Assembly (NCBI GenBank): GCA_963662545.2
Contig: CAXXLL010000003.1
Coordinates: 736,001-800,000 of the forward strand
Direction of reading: 5' to 3'
Length of the DNA: 64,000 bases
Source: Gammaproteobacteria bacterium
GTDB taxonomy: Bacteria > Pseudomonadota > Gammaproteobacteria > Ga0077536
In this document: positions 40,880-51,353 of the stretch, one piece after another
How positions within the stretch are numbered: position 1 is the stretch's first letter
Layout: the number at the start of each line of letters is the position of its first letter
The notes under the pieces: model-generated
Databases searched by the model: none
The model's input: the letters and a program-made list of their open reading frames with translations, nothing else
What the model was told of the DNA's origin: nothing
Made by a program: the position numbers and the translations under genes

Positions 40880-42127
40880 ATGCGAGAATCTATAGCGCTA
40901 GTTTCAGGCATTTTTTCCTTCTGCCTGCCGTTTTTGGCGGCGGCGGACCTCGAACCAAACCTACGGCCGGAATTGGCCGCGAGTCAGAGAAGCTATGAAA
41001 ACCTGATCGAAACGCTGGGGCGATCCCATGGCCCGCTCGCGTTCGAACTCGCCGAACAATGGTCCGCGCTCGGATTCCTGCAACGCGAATCGCGTAATTA
41101 CTCGGGCGCCATCGACAGCTTCGAACGTGCCCTGCATATCGAACGGGTCCACAAGGGCTTGTATCATCCGGATCAAATCCCCTTGATCGAACGACTGATC
41201 GAGAGCAACCGCGCGCTCGGCGCATGGTCGGAGGTCGCGCAGAACCACAAGCTTCTTCAATTCGTCAATGACCGCGGAAGGCCGCGCATCAGCCCCGAGC
41301 GGATCGCTACTTTGCGCAAGATCGCGCTCTGGAATTTGGAAGCGGCCGATCTGCCAACAGGCCAGGCGCCGTTCCGTCATCTGCAGACAGCCCAGGACCT
41401 CACCGAAGAAGCCCTTGAACTGGTGGAATCACGCCACCAGGACTCCGCGCTTACTCAAATAGAGATTCTAAACCTGAAAGCAGCGATCGCCTTTCGGATC
41501 GCTCACCACATGACGACCTGGATCGGTGAACCGATACACGGTGTCACCGCAGATAGCATCATATCCACCACGTCAAATGACGTAAGTGACCTGATATTTC
41601 GTCAAAATCTGGTCATCAGCAATTACAGCCAAGGACGCGCCGCTCTCGATCGCGCCAAGCGGATCGCCTACGAGAAGAACGACAAGGCAAGCCAGGCGCG
41701 CGCCGAACTGTACCTGGGTGACTGGCACCTATTGTTCAATCGGCGAAACGCGGCGGCCGAGCACTACGCCAAAGCGCAGCGGCTGTCGCAGGAGGCAAAT
41801 GTCAACTTGTTCGAAACGTATCGCCGCCTGCCGAATTTCATCGACGGCGACGACGACCGCTTGGCATCCGCGCCATCCGGGGGTCATGTAAACTATGTGC
41901 GTACGCGCTTTGACATCGATCGGCAGGGTCGTGTGCGCAACGTGGAAATCCTGGAAGTGAATCCACCAGGCAAGTCGGGGCTGGCCAGGCGCGCACGAAA
42001 ACAGCTGCGCGAGACGCGGTTTCGACCCCGTTACGATCGAGGAAAGCCGGTGAAATCCAAAGGTGTCGAAATACGATTTTTATTTCCGCAAGCCGATACC
42101 GCCAAACGTGCGGAAGGAGCGACCTAG
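40880..42127 (+). CDS. TPR-containing protein with a C-terminal TonB domain
   Basis: Signal peptide; TPR-like helices (YSGAIDSFERALHIERVHKGL); C-terminal YVRTRFDIDRQGRVRNVEIL...RFRPRYDRGKPV. Confidence 0.8.
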   Translation: MRESIALVSGIFSFCLPFLAAADLEPNLRPELAASQRSYENLIETLGRSHGPLAFELAEQWSALGFLQRESRNYSGAIDSFERALHIERVHKGLYHPDQIPLIERLIESNRALGAWSEVAQNHKLLQFVNDRGRPRISPERIATLRKIALWNLEAADLPTGQAPFRHLQTAQDLTEEALELVESRHQDSALTQIEILNLKAAIAFRIAHHMTTWIGEPIHGVTADSIISTTSNDVSDLIFRQNLVISNYSQGRAALDRAKRIAYEKNDKASQARAELYLGDWHLLFNRRNAAAEHYAKAQRLSQEANVNLFETYRRLPNFIDGDDDRLASAPSGGHVNYVRTRFDIDRQGRVRNVEILEVNPPGKSGLARRARKQLRETRFRPRYDRGKPVKSKGVEIRFLFPQADTAKRAEGAT

Positions 42128-43065
42128 TGGAATCCCGATTGTTCAATTCGTGTTTTAAACTCGCCCTGTTGATCCTGGTGGCCTGCGCGCTCGGCGCATG
42201 CAATACGAATCCGCCGCGGCCTGAGCCGGCACCTCTCCCGCGAACGCTCCCGGAACCTCCACCACCGCCCCCGCAGCAATCGAGTACTCACCAGGAGCCA
42301 GCGGGCACGAACGAGGTGCAATCGGCAGAACAGCAGTCCTACCCATCGCCCAGAGCGGACGCGGCCGAAGTTGAAGTCGAGGAAATCAGCCTCGACGGTG
42401 AGTCGGAAGCATCCACGCAAACCGCAAGCACCGCAACCACGCAGGCGCAACGCCAAACGGGAGGCGAGGCTGTCCACAGCACACCGTCGGGCGGTGGCGG
42501 CGGTTCCACTCCACGCGGCGCAGCCTACGAGGCAGCTGCCGGCGAGCTCGCCAGAAGCACCGGCGTCGTTTTACTGAACCCGGCCGGCACCGAGACAGAA
42601 GAAAATCTGACCGGGCCGAATATGAACATTGGCGCCCAAACAGAAGCCGAACAAATCGCGCGGCTCAACAGCGAATTGGACGGCCGCCTCGCCGAATTCG
42701 ACGAGCGGATGCGCCGCGCGCGCGCGGCGGCCGAAATGGATAAAAACCAGGCCTACGGTGGTGATGGCAGCCCCGCGGGAATCGAGGGCGGCCGGGGCCA
42801 GCGATACGAAGCACCCGACGAGCGGCGCGGTGAGGGCGGTGCCGCCGCCACTGGAACCGGGCTCGGTAATACACCCGATCTCGTCGGAGAAACCGGCGGA
42901 GGGGGGCGGCACATCGCCGCAGCAGCACCTCCGCCCAATATCCCAGACGGCCGCAACGACGACATCGTGGCGCGTCAATTGCGTGAAGCCGCAAGCAAGG
43001 AAGCCGACCCAATTCTGCGCGAAAAACTTTGGGAGGAGTACCGCAAGTACAAGGCGGGACTCTGA
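42127..43065 (+). CDS. Lipoprotein with a disordered linker and a conserved-looking C-terminal helical motif
   Basis: Lipobox LGAC; Pro/Gly-rich; ends IPDGRNDDIVARQLREAASKEADPILREKLWEEYRKYK. Confidence 0.75.
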   Translation: MESRLFNSCFKLALLILVACALGACNTNPPRPEPAPLPRTLPEPPPPPPQQSSTHQEPAGTNEVQSAEQQSYPSPRADAAEVEVEEISLDGESEASTQTASTATTQAQRQTGGEAVHSTPSGGGGGSTPRGAAYEAAAGELARSTGVVLLNPAGTETEENLTGPNMNIGAQTEAEQIARLNSELDGRLAEFDERMRRARAAAEMDKNQAYGGDGSPAGIEGGRGQRYEAPDERRGEGGAAATGTGLGNTPDLVGETGGGGRHIAAAAPPPNIPDGRNDDIVARQLREAASKEADPILREKLWEEYRKYKAGL

Positions 43066-43069
43066 TTTG

Positions 43070-44266
43070 ATGCGAATTGGAAGCTTAAGTACCGCTTGCT
43101 CGATCGGTTTGCTATTCGCACTGGCGGGTTGTGCCACGCAAACCGTGCGTTCAACGGCTGTGGTACCCGTCAATTCGGTCGTCGAATCCATCCCGGACGA
43201 CTTGCTGCTCGATGTCAACATCGCGATTCTCGATCCCGGTATCGAGAATCTTGATCCCAAGAAAACGACGACGACGCCCGGGATCAGGCGCGCCGAAGGA
43301 CATTACATCGCCGAGCGGCTCAAGCATACGCTCGAATCCTCACGGCAATGGGCTGCGGTTCGAGTCGTGCCTGAAATCGGGCGTGAAGTCGATGTCACGG
43401 TGTCCGGCAAGATCTTAAAGTCCGACGGCGAAACCCTGAAAATCCAGATCACCGTGAACGATGCAACAGGGCGCACCTGGTTCACGAGGACCTACGACGA
43501 GCAAGTGAGCCGGTTCGCCTATGACGCGGAGATCAGAAGGCGGCAGGAACCCTTCCAAAACGTCTACAACCGGGTCGCCAATGATATGCGCGAATACCTC
43601 ATGCGGCAGGACCTGACCACGCTAGGTAACATCAGGACGACCAGCAAACTCCGCTTCGCCGCACGATTCGCACCAGAACCTTTTGCCGATTACATCGAGG
43701 TGGATTCCAGGGGACATTACTCGATTCAGCGGCTCCCCGCGGAAAACGATCCGATCCTACAGCGCGTTCGCCAGATCCGGGTGCGTGACGAGATGTTCGT
43801 CGATCGTCTGCAGGATTTCTACCGGGAATTCGATCGCGACATGACGACTTCCTATGACAACTGGCGCCTGGAAAGCTATACGGAGACAGAAGCCCTGCGT
43901 GAACTCAAGTCACAGGCATTGGCGCGGACGCTCGGCGGCGCGCTCGCCGTAATCGGCGGCATCCTTGCGCAAGGCAGCAACAGTGCGACGGCGCGGACCG
44001 CGGGCGTGCTCGGCATCGGGGTAGGCGCCTACATGTTCAAGAGCGGCCTGGATAAGAACGCCGAAGCGCGCATCCATACCGAAGCACTCAAGGAGCTTTC
44101 CGAATCGTTGAACGCCGAAATACAACCCCAGACGATCGCGCTGACTGACCGCACGGTCGAACTTTCGGGGACGGTCGAAGAACAGTACCGGCAATGGCAG
44201 GAGCTGCTGAATCAAATCTATCTCATTGACACAGGGCAGGCATCACCCGACATCATCAGCCATTGA
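43070..44266 (+). CDS. Hypothetical lipoprotein with a Gly-zipper-like hairpin
   Basis: Start ATG 43070; lipobox LAGC; hydrophobic Gly-rich pair LGGALAVIGGILA / AGVLGIGVGAYMF near the C-terminus. Confidence 0.8.
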   Translation: MRIGSLSTACSIGLLFALAGCATQTVRSTAVVPVNSVVESIPDDLLLDVNIAILDPGIENLDPKKTTTTPGIRRAEGHYIAERLKHTLESSRQWAAVRVVPEIGREVDVTVSGKILKSDGETLKIQITVNDATGRTWFTRTYDEQVSRFAYDAEIRRRQEPFQNVYNRVANDMREYLMRQDLTTLGNIRTTSKLRFAARFAPEPFADYIEVDSRGHYSIQRLPAENDPILQRVRQIRVRDEMFVDRLQDFYREFDRDMTTSYDNWRLESYTETEALRELKSQALARTLGGALAVIGGILAQGSNSATARTAGVLGIGVGAYMFKSGLDKNAEARIHTEALKELSESLNAEIQPQTIALTDRTVELSGTVEEQYRQWQELLNQIYLIDTGQASPDIISH

Positions 44267-45825
44267 ATTCATTGAGTACTGACACCCAAAGACCCGCAAC
44301 GCGAAACCCGATGATTGAACCGGCATCCTTCAAGATCCGGGCTAATGAGGCCGACATGCGCACCTCTGGAGAGCGATCTTCGCTCAAGGTCGTGCTTGCC
44401 GCATCGGCGATTTCGTTTCTGGTGTTCGTGCTGTTCGTCGTGGTCGTCGTGCTGCCGAAGTGGGTTGCCGGTCCCGAGGTGCCCGCGAAGCTGGTTCAAG
44501 GAAGTGAAATAACTCCGAACGAGCCCGATCCGGAAGGCACCGCTGGCACCGATGCCGGCGAGATCTCACAAGATCGCGCGACGACGGACGCAGATCGCAC
44601 GAACACACAGGATCTCCTGCGCTCAGCATTGGAAAAACTCGATTCGCTCGAATCGATGGATGCTGAATCCTGGGCTAAAACGGAAATCCACTTGATTCGC
44701 GAGCGGATCGCCGAAGGCGAGAAAGCCTATCGAGAAAAACGCTACGTCGCTGCAAAAAACAGCTATCTCGACAGCGTCGAGCGTATCGAACGACTATTGA
44801 GCGGCATCCCCGATATCGTCGAAAAGCTGACGGACGCGGGATACCTCGCACTCGACAACGGTGATTCCGTGCAGGCGGCAGCCGCCTTCGACGAAGTCCT
44901 CGCCATCGATCCCGATCATGCCAGAGCCAAGCGCGGCCGCGCGCGGGCTGAGACGCTCGATCAGGTCCTCGCCCTGGTCGGGCAGGCGGAAGGCTACGAG
45001 CGGATGCAACAGATCGACAAAGCGCTGACGGCGAACCGGGAGGCGGTGAAAATCGATCCGGATGCGCCCGGGGCCGCCGCTGCGATCACGCGGATCGAAC
45101 GTGCTGAACGTGAATCGGCGTTCCACACGGCCATGTCGAGCGGCTTTCGCGCTTTCGAAATTCAGGAATTCCGAAAAGCGCGCGAAGCGTTTCAACGCGC
45201 AGTGAAGCTCGACCCCAATGCGCCGGAAGCCGAATCCGCCATTAAACAGACGGACAACGCGGAGGCCTCCTTCAAGATCGAGCGTTACCTGGGTGGTGCA
45301 CGAAAGGCCGAGCGTGAAGAGCAATGGCACACGGCGGCCAAACAATTCGAAGCTGCCCTGAAAATCGATCCTCGTTTGTCACCAGCGATCGCCGCCAAAC
45401 AAAACGCCGATATGCGGCACCGGCTCGATGTCAAACTCACCGCTTACCTCGCGCGCACCGACCGCTTCTCTGCCGACGCCGTTCACAAGGAAGCAAGTCG
45501 AATACTGGCAAACGCACAGGGCGTTCCGACCCCCGGTCGCGTACTCCAAAAGCAGATTGCCGATCTTTCGCACGCACTGAAGCTCGCGCGTACACCAGTC
45601 GCCGTAAGCCTGCAGTCGGATAATTTAACCGCTGTTACGATCTACCGCATCGGTGACCTCGGCCATTTCGAAGTTCGCGAAGTCCCCCTCCTGCCTGGCG
45701 AGTACACGGCGGTCGGAAAACGAGACGGATACCGTGACGTCCGCGTAGAATTCGTGGTGAAACCCGTCGATCAGGGACCTGTAATAACGGTTAGGTGCGA
45801 CGAGCAATTCGCCTTCGGAAGTTGA
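44263..45825 (+). CDS. Membrane-anchored TPR protein with a C-terminal PEGA-like domain
   Basis: One TM; repeated A..AF..A..IDP TPR motifs; C-terminal PGEYTAVGKRDGYRDVR. Confidence 0.82.
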   Translation: MNSLSTDTQRPATRNPMIEPASFKIRANEADMRTSGERSSLKVVLAASAISFLVFVLFVVVVVLPKWVAGPEVPAKLVQGSEITPNEPDPEGTAGTDAGEISQDRATTDADRTNTQDLLRSALEKLDSLESMDAESWAKTEIHLIRERIAEGEKAYREKRYVAAKNSYLDSVERIERLLSGIPDIVEKLTDAGYLALDNGDSVQAAAAFDEVLAIDPDHARAKRGRARAETLDQVLALVGQAEGYERMQQIDKALTANREAVKIDPDAPGAAAAITRIERAERESAFHTAMSSGFRAFEIQEFRKAREAFQRAVKLDPNAPEAESAIKQTDNAEASFKIERYLGGARKAEREEQWHTAAKQFEAALKIDPRLSPAIAAKQNADMRHRLDVKLTAYLARTDRFSADAVHKEASRILANAQGVPTPGRVLQKQIADLSHALKLARTPVAVSLQSDNLTAVTIYRIGDLGHFEVREVPLLPGEYTAVGKRDGYRDVRVEFVVKPVDQGPVITVRCDEQFAFGS

Positions 45826-45831
45826 ACGCCA

Positions 45832-47928
45832 TTGAGCACACGAGAATCGACGCCGGAATCTAATGACACAGATCCTGGCAACGTCATCAAGGCAACGCGA
45901 TTCCGCCCGCCCACGGGCGGACCCGAGCTGCCCACGGTCCGGATCCCGTGGACACTTTCGATCGTCGTCGCCGTTCTCGCCACAACCGTCTGGGCAGCAT
46001 GGTTCGTATGGACCGCGCGCTCCGTCGCAATCAAGGTCAGGCCCGATATCGCTTCGGTATTCGTCGAAGAGTGGCTCGCGCCCCGCGTCGGTAATCACTG
46101 GCTCCTGCGACCAGGGCAGCGCCGCATTCGGGTCGAGGCCCCGGGATACACGACGTTCTCCGGAACGATAAAAGTTGGCGACGCGCCCTTGCAGACCCAG
46201 CAGGTGACCCTCCAAGCGCTGCCCGGACACCTTCGTATCGAAATAGAGCCGGTGGCCCAGGCCGGTGTATTCATCGACGGATCGGAACGCGGATCCGCGC
46301 CGGGCATCATTAAAGACATTGCGGCCGGTTTGCGCGAAATCCAGATCCGCGCGCCACGCTACCAAACATTCGTCGCGACCGTCGAGGTGGAAGGGAAAGG
46401 GATCGAGCAAAATCTGACCGCGGTGCTGGATCCGGCCTGGGCCGCGGTCGCGATCGATTCAAAACCCTCGGGTGCGCAGGTAATCGTCGATGGTGAAAAC
46501 CTTGGCGAGACTCCGCTCGACGTCGAATTGCTGCAGGGGCGGCGCGTCGTGCAGATCAAGAAAGCCAAATATAAAAGATGGCAGCAGACGCTCAAGATCG
46601 TGCCCGGGAATCGCGTGAACCTGGGCGAGATCGTGCTTATTAAGGCGGACGGCCACTTGAAGATCGACTCTTCACCCCGCGGCGCGAGTGTGACAGTGGA
46701 CGGCCAGTTCGAAGGCCGTACGCCGATTGAACTTGCGCTGACTCCCGACAAAAAGCATCGGGTTCGCCTTCTGAAAGAAGGGTTTAAATCGGCCGAACGG
46801 ACCATCGAACTCGAATCGGAAAAGCTCGAAAACATGAACATCGAACTTGCCCCCGAACTCGCAACGATACGTCTTTTGACCTCGCCCGAAGACGCCGAAC
46901 TGTTGATCAACGGAACACCGAGCGGCAGCGCGACGCAAACCCTGAACCTGCCGACCCACGAACACCGGATCACAGTGCGGCGGGCGGGATACGCGACCTA
47001 TGAAACGACCATCACGCCGCGCAAAGGGGTGGAGAAGCGATTCAAGATCCGGCTTCGCACCGAGCAGGAGATGGCACGCGCTGGACGACAGCGTAAGAGT
47101 TCCAAGAAAGGGTTCGCCACCACTTTCGCGGGCCAGGAAATGAAACTCTTCACGGGCGGGCGGATCGTGATGGGATCTTCACGCCGGGAGAGCGGCCGGC
47201 GGGCAAACGAAGTGCAGCGCGAAGTCGCATTGAAGCGGCCGTTCTACCTGTCGATCAAGGAAGTCACCAATGGCGAGTTCCGGAAATTCCTGGCCAGTCA
47301 CCAATCGAAGCCGTTCGAAAAAAACGAACTCAATAAAAATGAACAACCCGTTGCCGACATCAGTTGGGAACTTGCGGCCACCTATTGCAACTGGCTGAGC
47401 CGGCGCGACGGCTTACCGCCGTTTTACCAGATCAAGTTCGGCGAGGTCCTCGGCATCAATCCCGACTCCACCGGTTACCGGCTGCCAACCGAGGCCGAAT
47501 GGGAATGGGTGGCACGGGTTCCGCCCAAGGGGACGCGCACGATCTTTCCCTGGGGAGAAAAGTTTCCGCCGCGTGGGCGTTCCGGAAATTATGCGGATTC
47601 GACCGCTGCCAATATCATGGGTGACACGATCGAGGGATACTCGGACGGATTCGCGGTCGCGGCGCCCGTTGGGAGCTTTGCCGTTAATTTAAGGGGTCTT
47701 TATGACACGGGCGGCAATGTGGCTGAATGGGTACACGACTACTATGATGCGGCTCCGAGCGTCGCGCCGTCGCTCGATCCCCTGGGGCCCGCGGCGGGCG
47801 CCCAGCACGTGATCAAGGGTTCCAGTTGGGCGCACGGTTCGGTGACCGAGCTGCGGCTTGCCTACCGGGATTACGGCGGCGAGGGACGCGACGACCTTGG
47901 TTTCAGATTGGCACGATATGCGCAGTAA
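45832..47928 (+). CDS. PEGA-repeat + SUMF1/FGE-sulfatase domain protein
   Basis: TM; several S.P.GA.V.VDG..G.TP PEGA repeats; EVTNGEF, YRLPTEAEWEW, GLYDTGGNVAEW, DLGFRLAR. Confidence 0.92.
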   Translation: MSTRESTPESNDTDPGNVIKATRFRPPTGGPELPTVRIPWTLSIVVAVLATTVWAAWFVWTARSVAIKVRPDIASVFVEEWLAPRVGNHWLLRPGQRRIRVEAPGYTTFSGTIKVGDAPLQTQQVTLQALPGHLRIEIEPVAQAGVFIDGSERGSAPGIIKDIAAGLREIQIRAPRYQTFVATVEVEGKGIEQNLTAVLDPAWAAVAIDSKPSGAQVIVDGENLGETPLDVELLQGRRVVQIKKAKYKRWQQTLKIVPGNRVNLGEIVLIKADGHLKIDSSPRGASVTVDGQFEGRTPIELALTPDKKHRVRLLKEGFKSAERTIELESEKLENMNIELAPELATIRLLTSPEDAELLINGTPSGSATQTLNLPTHEHRITVRRAGYATYETTITPRKGVEKRFKIRLRTEQEMARAGRQRKSSKKGFATTFAGQEMKLFTGGRIVMGSSRRESGRRANEVQREVALKRPFYLSIKEVTNGEFRKFLASHQSKPFEKNELNKNEQPVADISWELAATYCNWLSRRDGLPPFYQIKFGEVLGINPDSTGYRLPTEAEWEWVARVPPKGTRTIFPWGEKFPPRGRSGNYADSTAANIMGDTIEGYSDGFAVAAPVGSFAVNLRGLYDTGGNVAEWVHDYYDAAPSVAPSLDPLGPAAGAQHVIKGSSWAHGSVTELRLAYRDYGGEGRDDLGFRLARYAQ

Positions 47929-48154
47929 ACGCATCAGAAATTCGCTTTGCGCGATGTCGATGAGCCTGATCTTGACATGGGCGAGCCCCGCTTTTAGCCA
48001 AGTGGAAGAAACTGACGAACGCCTGAGTTCCGGCCACGAACTCGGTAAGGAAACGCTGCCCGAGCATCGCGTCCGCCCCCTGCCCTTTGATACCTTTAAG
48101 CCCTCCGAGGAAATTTCCGAAGACTATCCGGTACCGTTCCCGGTAGACATCTAG
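47918..48154 (+). CDS. Small secreted protein
   Basis: Signal peptide (ASPAFS); C-terminal FKPSEEISEDYPVPFPVDI; overlaps the upstream stop. Confidence 0.75.
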   Translation: MRSKRIRNSLCAMSMSLILTWASPAFSQVEETDERLSSGHELGKETLPEHRVRPLPFDTFKPSEEISEDYPVPFPVDI

Positions 48155-48165
48155 AGTCCTCAAGC

Positions 48166-48963
48166 ATGAAGCACAATCCGTTGTCAGAGTTTTTCTACCA
48201 GCTGATCGCGTTGTTTCTTGCCATCATTATCGTTCATACGATTTACGTCACCATCATCAGGCCGGGAGCCCAGCTTGTCCTGGAAGAACAGCGCGCGCTT
48301 CAGTCCGAAGGGTTGGCCTACGACATGGACCGTTCCCTCTACGTAGTCATCAAAGACTACGAACAGGAAGCCTGCTTCGTACTGATGCTGTGGGCGACGG
48401 CCATCATGGGCTACAAGGCGAGGTTCCTGCTTGGCGAGCGGCAGTTACTCCGCCGACCGATGATCGAAGTGGAATCGGGAACGCGGATTTTGCCGCAGGA
48501 CGCGCGCAAGTATTCGCGCCCACTGCAGGCCTTGCCCGACCATGAACGCGAATATCTCCTGCCCCGCGCACTGCTGTCGGCTTTACAGCGATTCGGTTCG
48601 ACACAGAATATCCAGGACGTCTCGCAGACGATCCGCGAGATATGTGAAACCGAGGCGGAGCGGCTCGATTCAGAGCTCTCGATGATCCGCTACATCGTTT
48701 GGGCCATACCCTCCATCGGATTCATCGGCACGGTGCGCGGTATCGGCATGGCGCTCGGCCAGGCGCATCGCGCGGTGGAAGGCGACATCGTCGGGGTGAC
48801 GGTAAGCCTCGGCGTAGCATTCAATTCGACCTTCATCGCGCTCATCATCAGCCTGTTCATCATGTTCCTGATGCATCAACTCCAGTTGCTGCAGGAACGA
48901 CTCGTGCTCGACAGCCAATCGTATTGCGATATAAACCTGTTGCGGGTGCTGGCGGTACGCTGA
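48166..48963 (+). CDS. MotA/TolQ/ExbB proton channel family protein
   Basis: IVWAIPSIGFIGTVRGIG and SLGVAFNSTFIALIIS; four TMs. Confidence 0.9.
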   Translation: MKHNPLSEFFYQLIALFLAIIIVHTIYVTIIRPGAQLVLEEQRALQSEGLAYDMDRSLYVVIKDYEQEACFVLMLWATAIMGYKARFLLGERQLLRRPMIEVESGTRILPQDARKYSRPLQALPDHEREYLLPRALLSALQRFGSTQNIQDVSQTIREICETEAERLDSELSMIRYIVWAIPSIGFIGTVRGIGMALGQAHRAVEGDIVGVTVSLGVAFNSTFIALIISLFIMFLMHQLQLLQERLVLDSQSYCDINLLRVLAVR

Positions 48964-48976
48964 GGGATAGCGACTC

Positions 48977-50287
48977 ATGACCTTGCGTCTCATCGAGCTG
49001 AACGATTCCGGTGTGCGCGTTTTTCGCGAAGGCAAGATCATTTGCGAAAGCCCGGGCGTCGCCATCGTCGAACCTAATAAGGTCATCACGGGGACGGCGG
49101 CGCAGGCGTCGGCGCAATTGAACCCGCGCGCGGTTAACAACCGGTTCTGGCAGCACCTGAACGAGGTCAAGCTGCCGAACGCGAACCGCCAGGTCAGGCA
49201 CCATGCTGACCTCGCTTATCACCACTTGAGTACCGTGCTGGCGCAAGCCGGCCGCCCGCCGGACGCCGTACTCGCGGTACCCGGCCACTATGACGAACGG
49301 CAACTCGCGCTGTTACTCGGCATCGCACAAGCCTGCGATCTCAAGGTCTCGGGATTGATCGATAGCGCCGTTGCCGCCGTGGCGGGAGCGCTGCCCGAGG
49401 GGCGATACACGGTCGCCGACATCCATCAACACCACGTTACACTGACCTTGGTCGAGGTCGACGAAACCGCACGGCGCAGGTCGGCGAAAACGATCGACCA
49501 AACGGGCCTCAACCGCATCTACGAAGCCTGCGTCGACTTGATCTCCGATGCGTTCATGGAGCAGTCGCGATTCGATCCTCTACACGAGGCGGATACCGAG
49601 CAATTGCTCTACACGCATCTGCCCAAATGGCTCGAAGAGGCAGCGAACGCACCGGAGATCCAGATCGCCGTGGAATACCGCGGCAATCGCTTCAGCGTAA
49701 AAATACCTACGCGGGAATTCAGCCGCGTGACGGAGAATGTGCTCGCTCCGATCAACGATCATCTGCCGGGCGACACCGGCTTATTGCTGTGCGCCAGGCT
49801 CGCCCAGCTCCCAGGTTCGGTAGATCACCTGGCCGCGATCGATGTGCTTGCCGTGGACGCATGCTACCAGGGCGTTGCCGAACACCGAGTCAAGCTGGCC
49901 GGGGACGGGTCGGGCATGCCCTTCGTCACCGCGCTGCCACGCGCTACTAATCCGGTATTGGGCAGGTCGAAGCCAAGGTCCGAAAAAACGGACGCCCTCG
50001 GCGCCGCGACACACCTGTTGGCGGGGAGCAGGGCGTTCGCCCTGTCAAACTCGCCGCTCTACCTGAAACCGGACGGTACCGTCGACAAGACCCCTGAAGT
50101 AACCGAAGCGTGCGCGATCACGCTGGACGCCGGTATCGCTACGCTGCGTGTCAATGGCGCTGATACCCGTTTGAACGGCGAGCTGGTATCTGGAAGCTGC
50201 CAGGTGAGACCGGGCGATCACATTACTCTCAAGGGTGGGCGGGCTTTGTTCATTCCGATAGCGGTATTCGACTCCGGTGCGTTATAA
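48977..50287 (+). CDS. Divergent Hsp70/actin-like fold protein with a C-terminal FHA-like beta domain
   Basis: IELND.., SPGVA..VITGTAA..LNP, AVLAVPGHYDERQL..A..GLIDSAVAA, VADIH mirror Hsp70 NBD elements; C-terminal RLNGELV..VRPGDHITL. Confidence 0.6.
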   Translation: MTLRLIELNDSGVRVFREGKIICESPGVAIVEPNKVITGTAAQASAQLNPRAVNNRFWQHLNEVKLPNANRQVRHHADLAYHHLSTVLAQAGRPPDAVLAVPGHYDERQLALLLGIAQACDLKVSGLIDSAVAAVAGALPEGRYTVADIHQHHVTLTLVEVDETARRRSAKTIDQTGLNRIYEACVDLISDAFMEQSRFDPLHEADTEQLLYTHLPKWLEEAANAPEIQIAVEYRGNRFSVKIPTREFSRVTENVLAPINDHLPGDTGLLLCARLAQLPGSVDHLAAIDVLAVDACYQGVAEHRVKLAGDGSGMPFVTALPRATNPVLGRSKPRSEKTDALGAATHLLAGSRAFALSNSPLYLKPDGTVDKTPEVTEACAITLDAGIATLRVNGADTRLNGELVSGSCQVRPGDHITLKGGRALFIPIAVFDSGAL

Positions 50288-51353
50288 ACGACGCGGCTTT
50301 TCCGCAATCAGCCTTGCGTTTCTCGACATCATGTCCTGCGGATTCGGCGCGGTGGTGCTGCTGTTTCTGATCATCAAGCATCAGACCGATGTCGCCATTC
50401 AGGTACCGGAATATGATCTCTCGGTCGAAGTCGATCAGATCAGGCAACAGATCGGCGATGCCGAAACGGTGATCGGTCGCCTCAAAAGCCAATCGCGTGA
50501 TACCGATTCGCGCATCACCGCGGCCAAAAAACGGGCCGAGGAGATCAAGGGTGCGCTCAAGACAGCGACGTCGCAAACGCGAGTGAGCACCACCGGCAAC
50601 CGTGAAATCGACGCGCTCAAGGCGACCTTACGACGCATGGAAACCGACCGCAAAAACGTGCAGTCGCAAATCTATGAAAAATCACGCCATGTACGCAGCT
50701 TCGTCGGCGACGGTAATCGCGAATATCTCACCGGAATCCAGCTTGGCGGCCAACGCATCCTGATCCTGCTCGACGCCTCGGCGAGCATGCTGGACGACAC
50801 TATCGTCAACATCATCCGCCGGCGGAACATGGATGACGCGACAAAACGCCGCTCGCGAAAGTGGCGACAGGCCCTCGCCACGGTCGACTGGATCACGGCC
50901 CGTTTTCCGGCCCAAAGCCAATATCAAATTTATACGTTCAACACCGAGGCCAAGCCGGTGCTGGCGACGACGCGCGGAAGGTGGCTGCCGGTATCCGACA
51001 ACCGGCAGTTAAATGACGCTGTCGCCATGACCAAAGACATCGTCCCGCAAGGGGGTTCGAGCCTCGAGCGGGCGTTCCTCGTGATCACGCAGCTAAGCCC
51101 GCGGCCGGACAACGTTTTTCTCGTCACCGACGGATTGCCGACGCAGGGGCTCAAACCACCGCGCGGTACGACGGTATCGGGGCGCGAACGCCTGAAGCTG
51201 TTCGAATCTGCCGTGACGCGCATCCCGCGGGGCATCCCCGTCAACGTCATCCTGCTCGAAATGGAAGGCGACCCGATGGCCCCGTCGGCATTCTGGCAAA
51301 TAGCCCTATACACAAAGGGCGCTTTTTTGAGCCCGGCGAGGGACTGGCCGTGA
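50277..51353 (+). CDS. ExbD/MotB-like TM + coiled coil + vWA protein
   Basis: SLAFLDIMSCGFGAVVLLFLII; coiled coil; LLDASASM and LVTDGLP. Confidence 0.85.
   Translation: MRYKRRGFSAISLAFLDIMSCGFGAVVLLFLIIKHQTDVAIQVPEYDLSVEVDQIRQQIGDAETVIGRLKSQSRDTDSRITAAKKRAEEIKGALKTATSQTRVSTTGNREIDALKATLRRMETDRKNVQSQIYEKSRHVRSFVGDGNREYLTGIQLGGQRILILLDASASMLDDTIVNIIRRRNMDDATKRRSRKWRQALATVDWITARFPAQSQYQIYTFNTEAKPVLATTRGRWLPVSDNRQLNDAVAMTKDIVPQGGSSLERAFLVITQLSPRPDNVFLVTDGLPTQGLKPPRGTTVSGRERLKLFESAVTRIPRGIPVNVILLEMEGDPMAPSAFWQIALYTKGAFLSPARDWP

Noticed and set aside
42629-43069. N-terminal extension of the 545-aa ORF
   Set aside because: Overlaps the upstream lipoprotein; the lipobox places the real start at 43070. 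Similar spurious extensions were trimmed at 1715, 13662, 18170, 51936 and 52910
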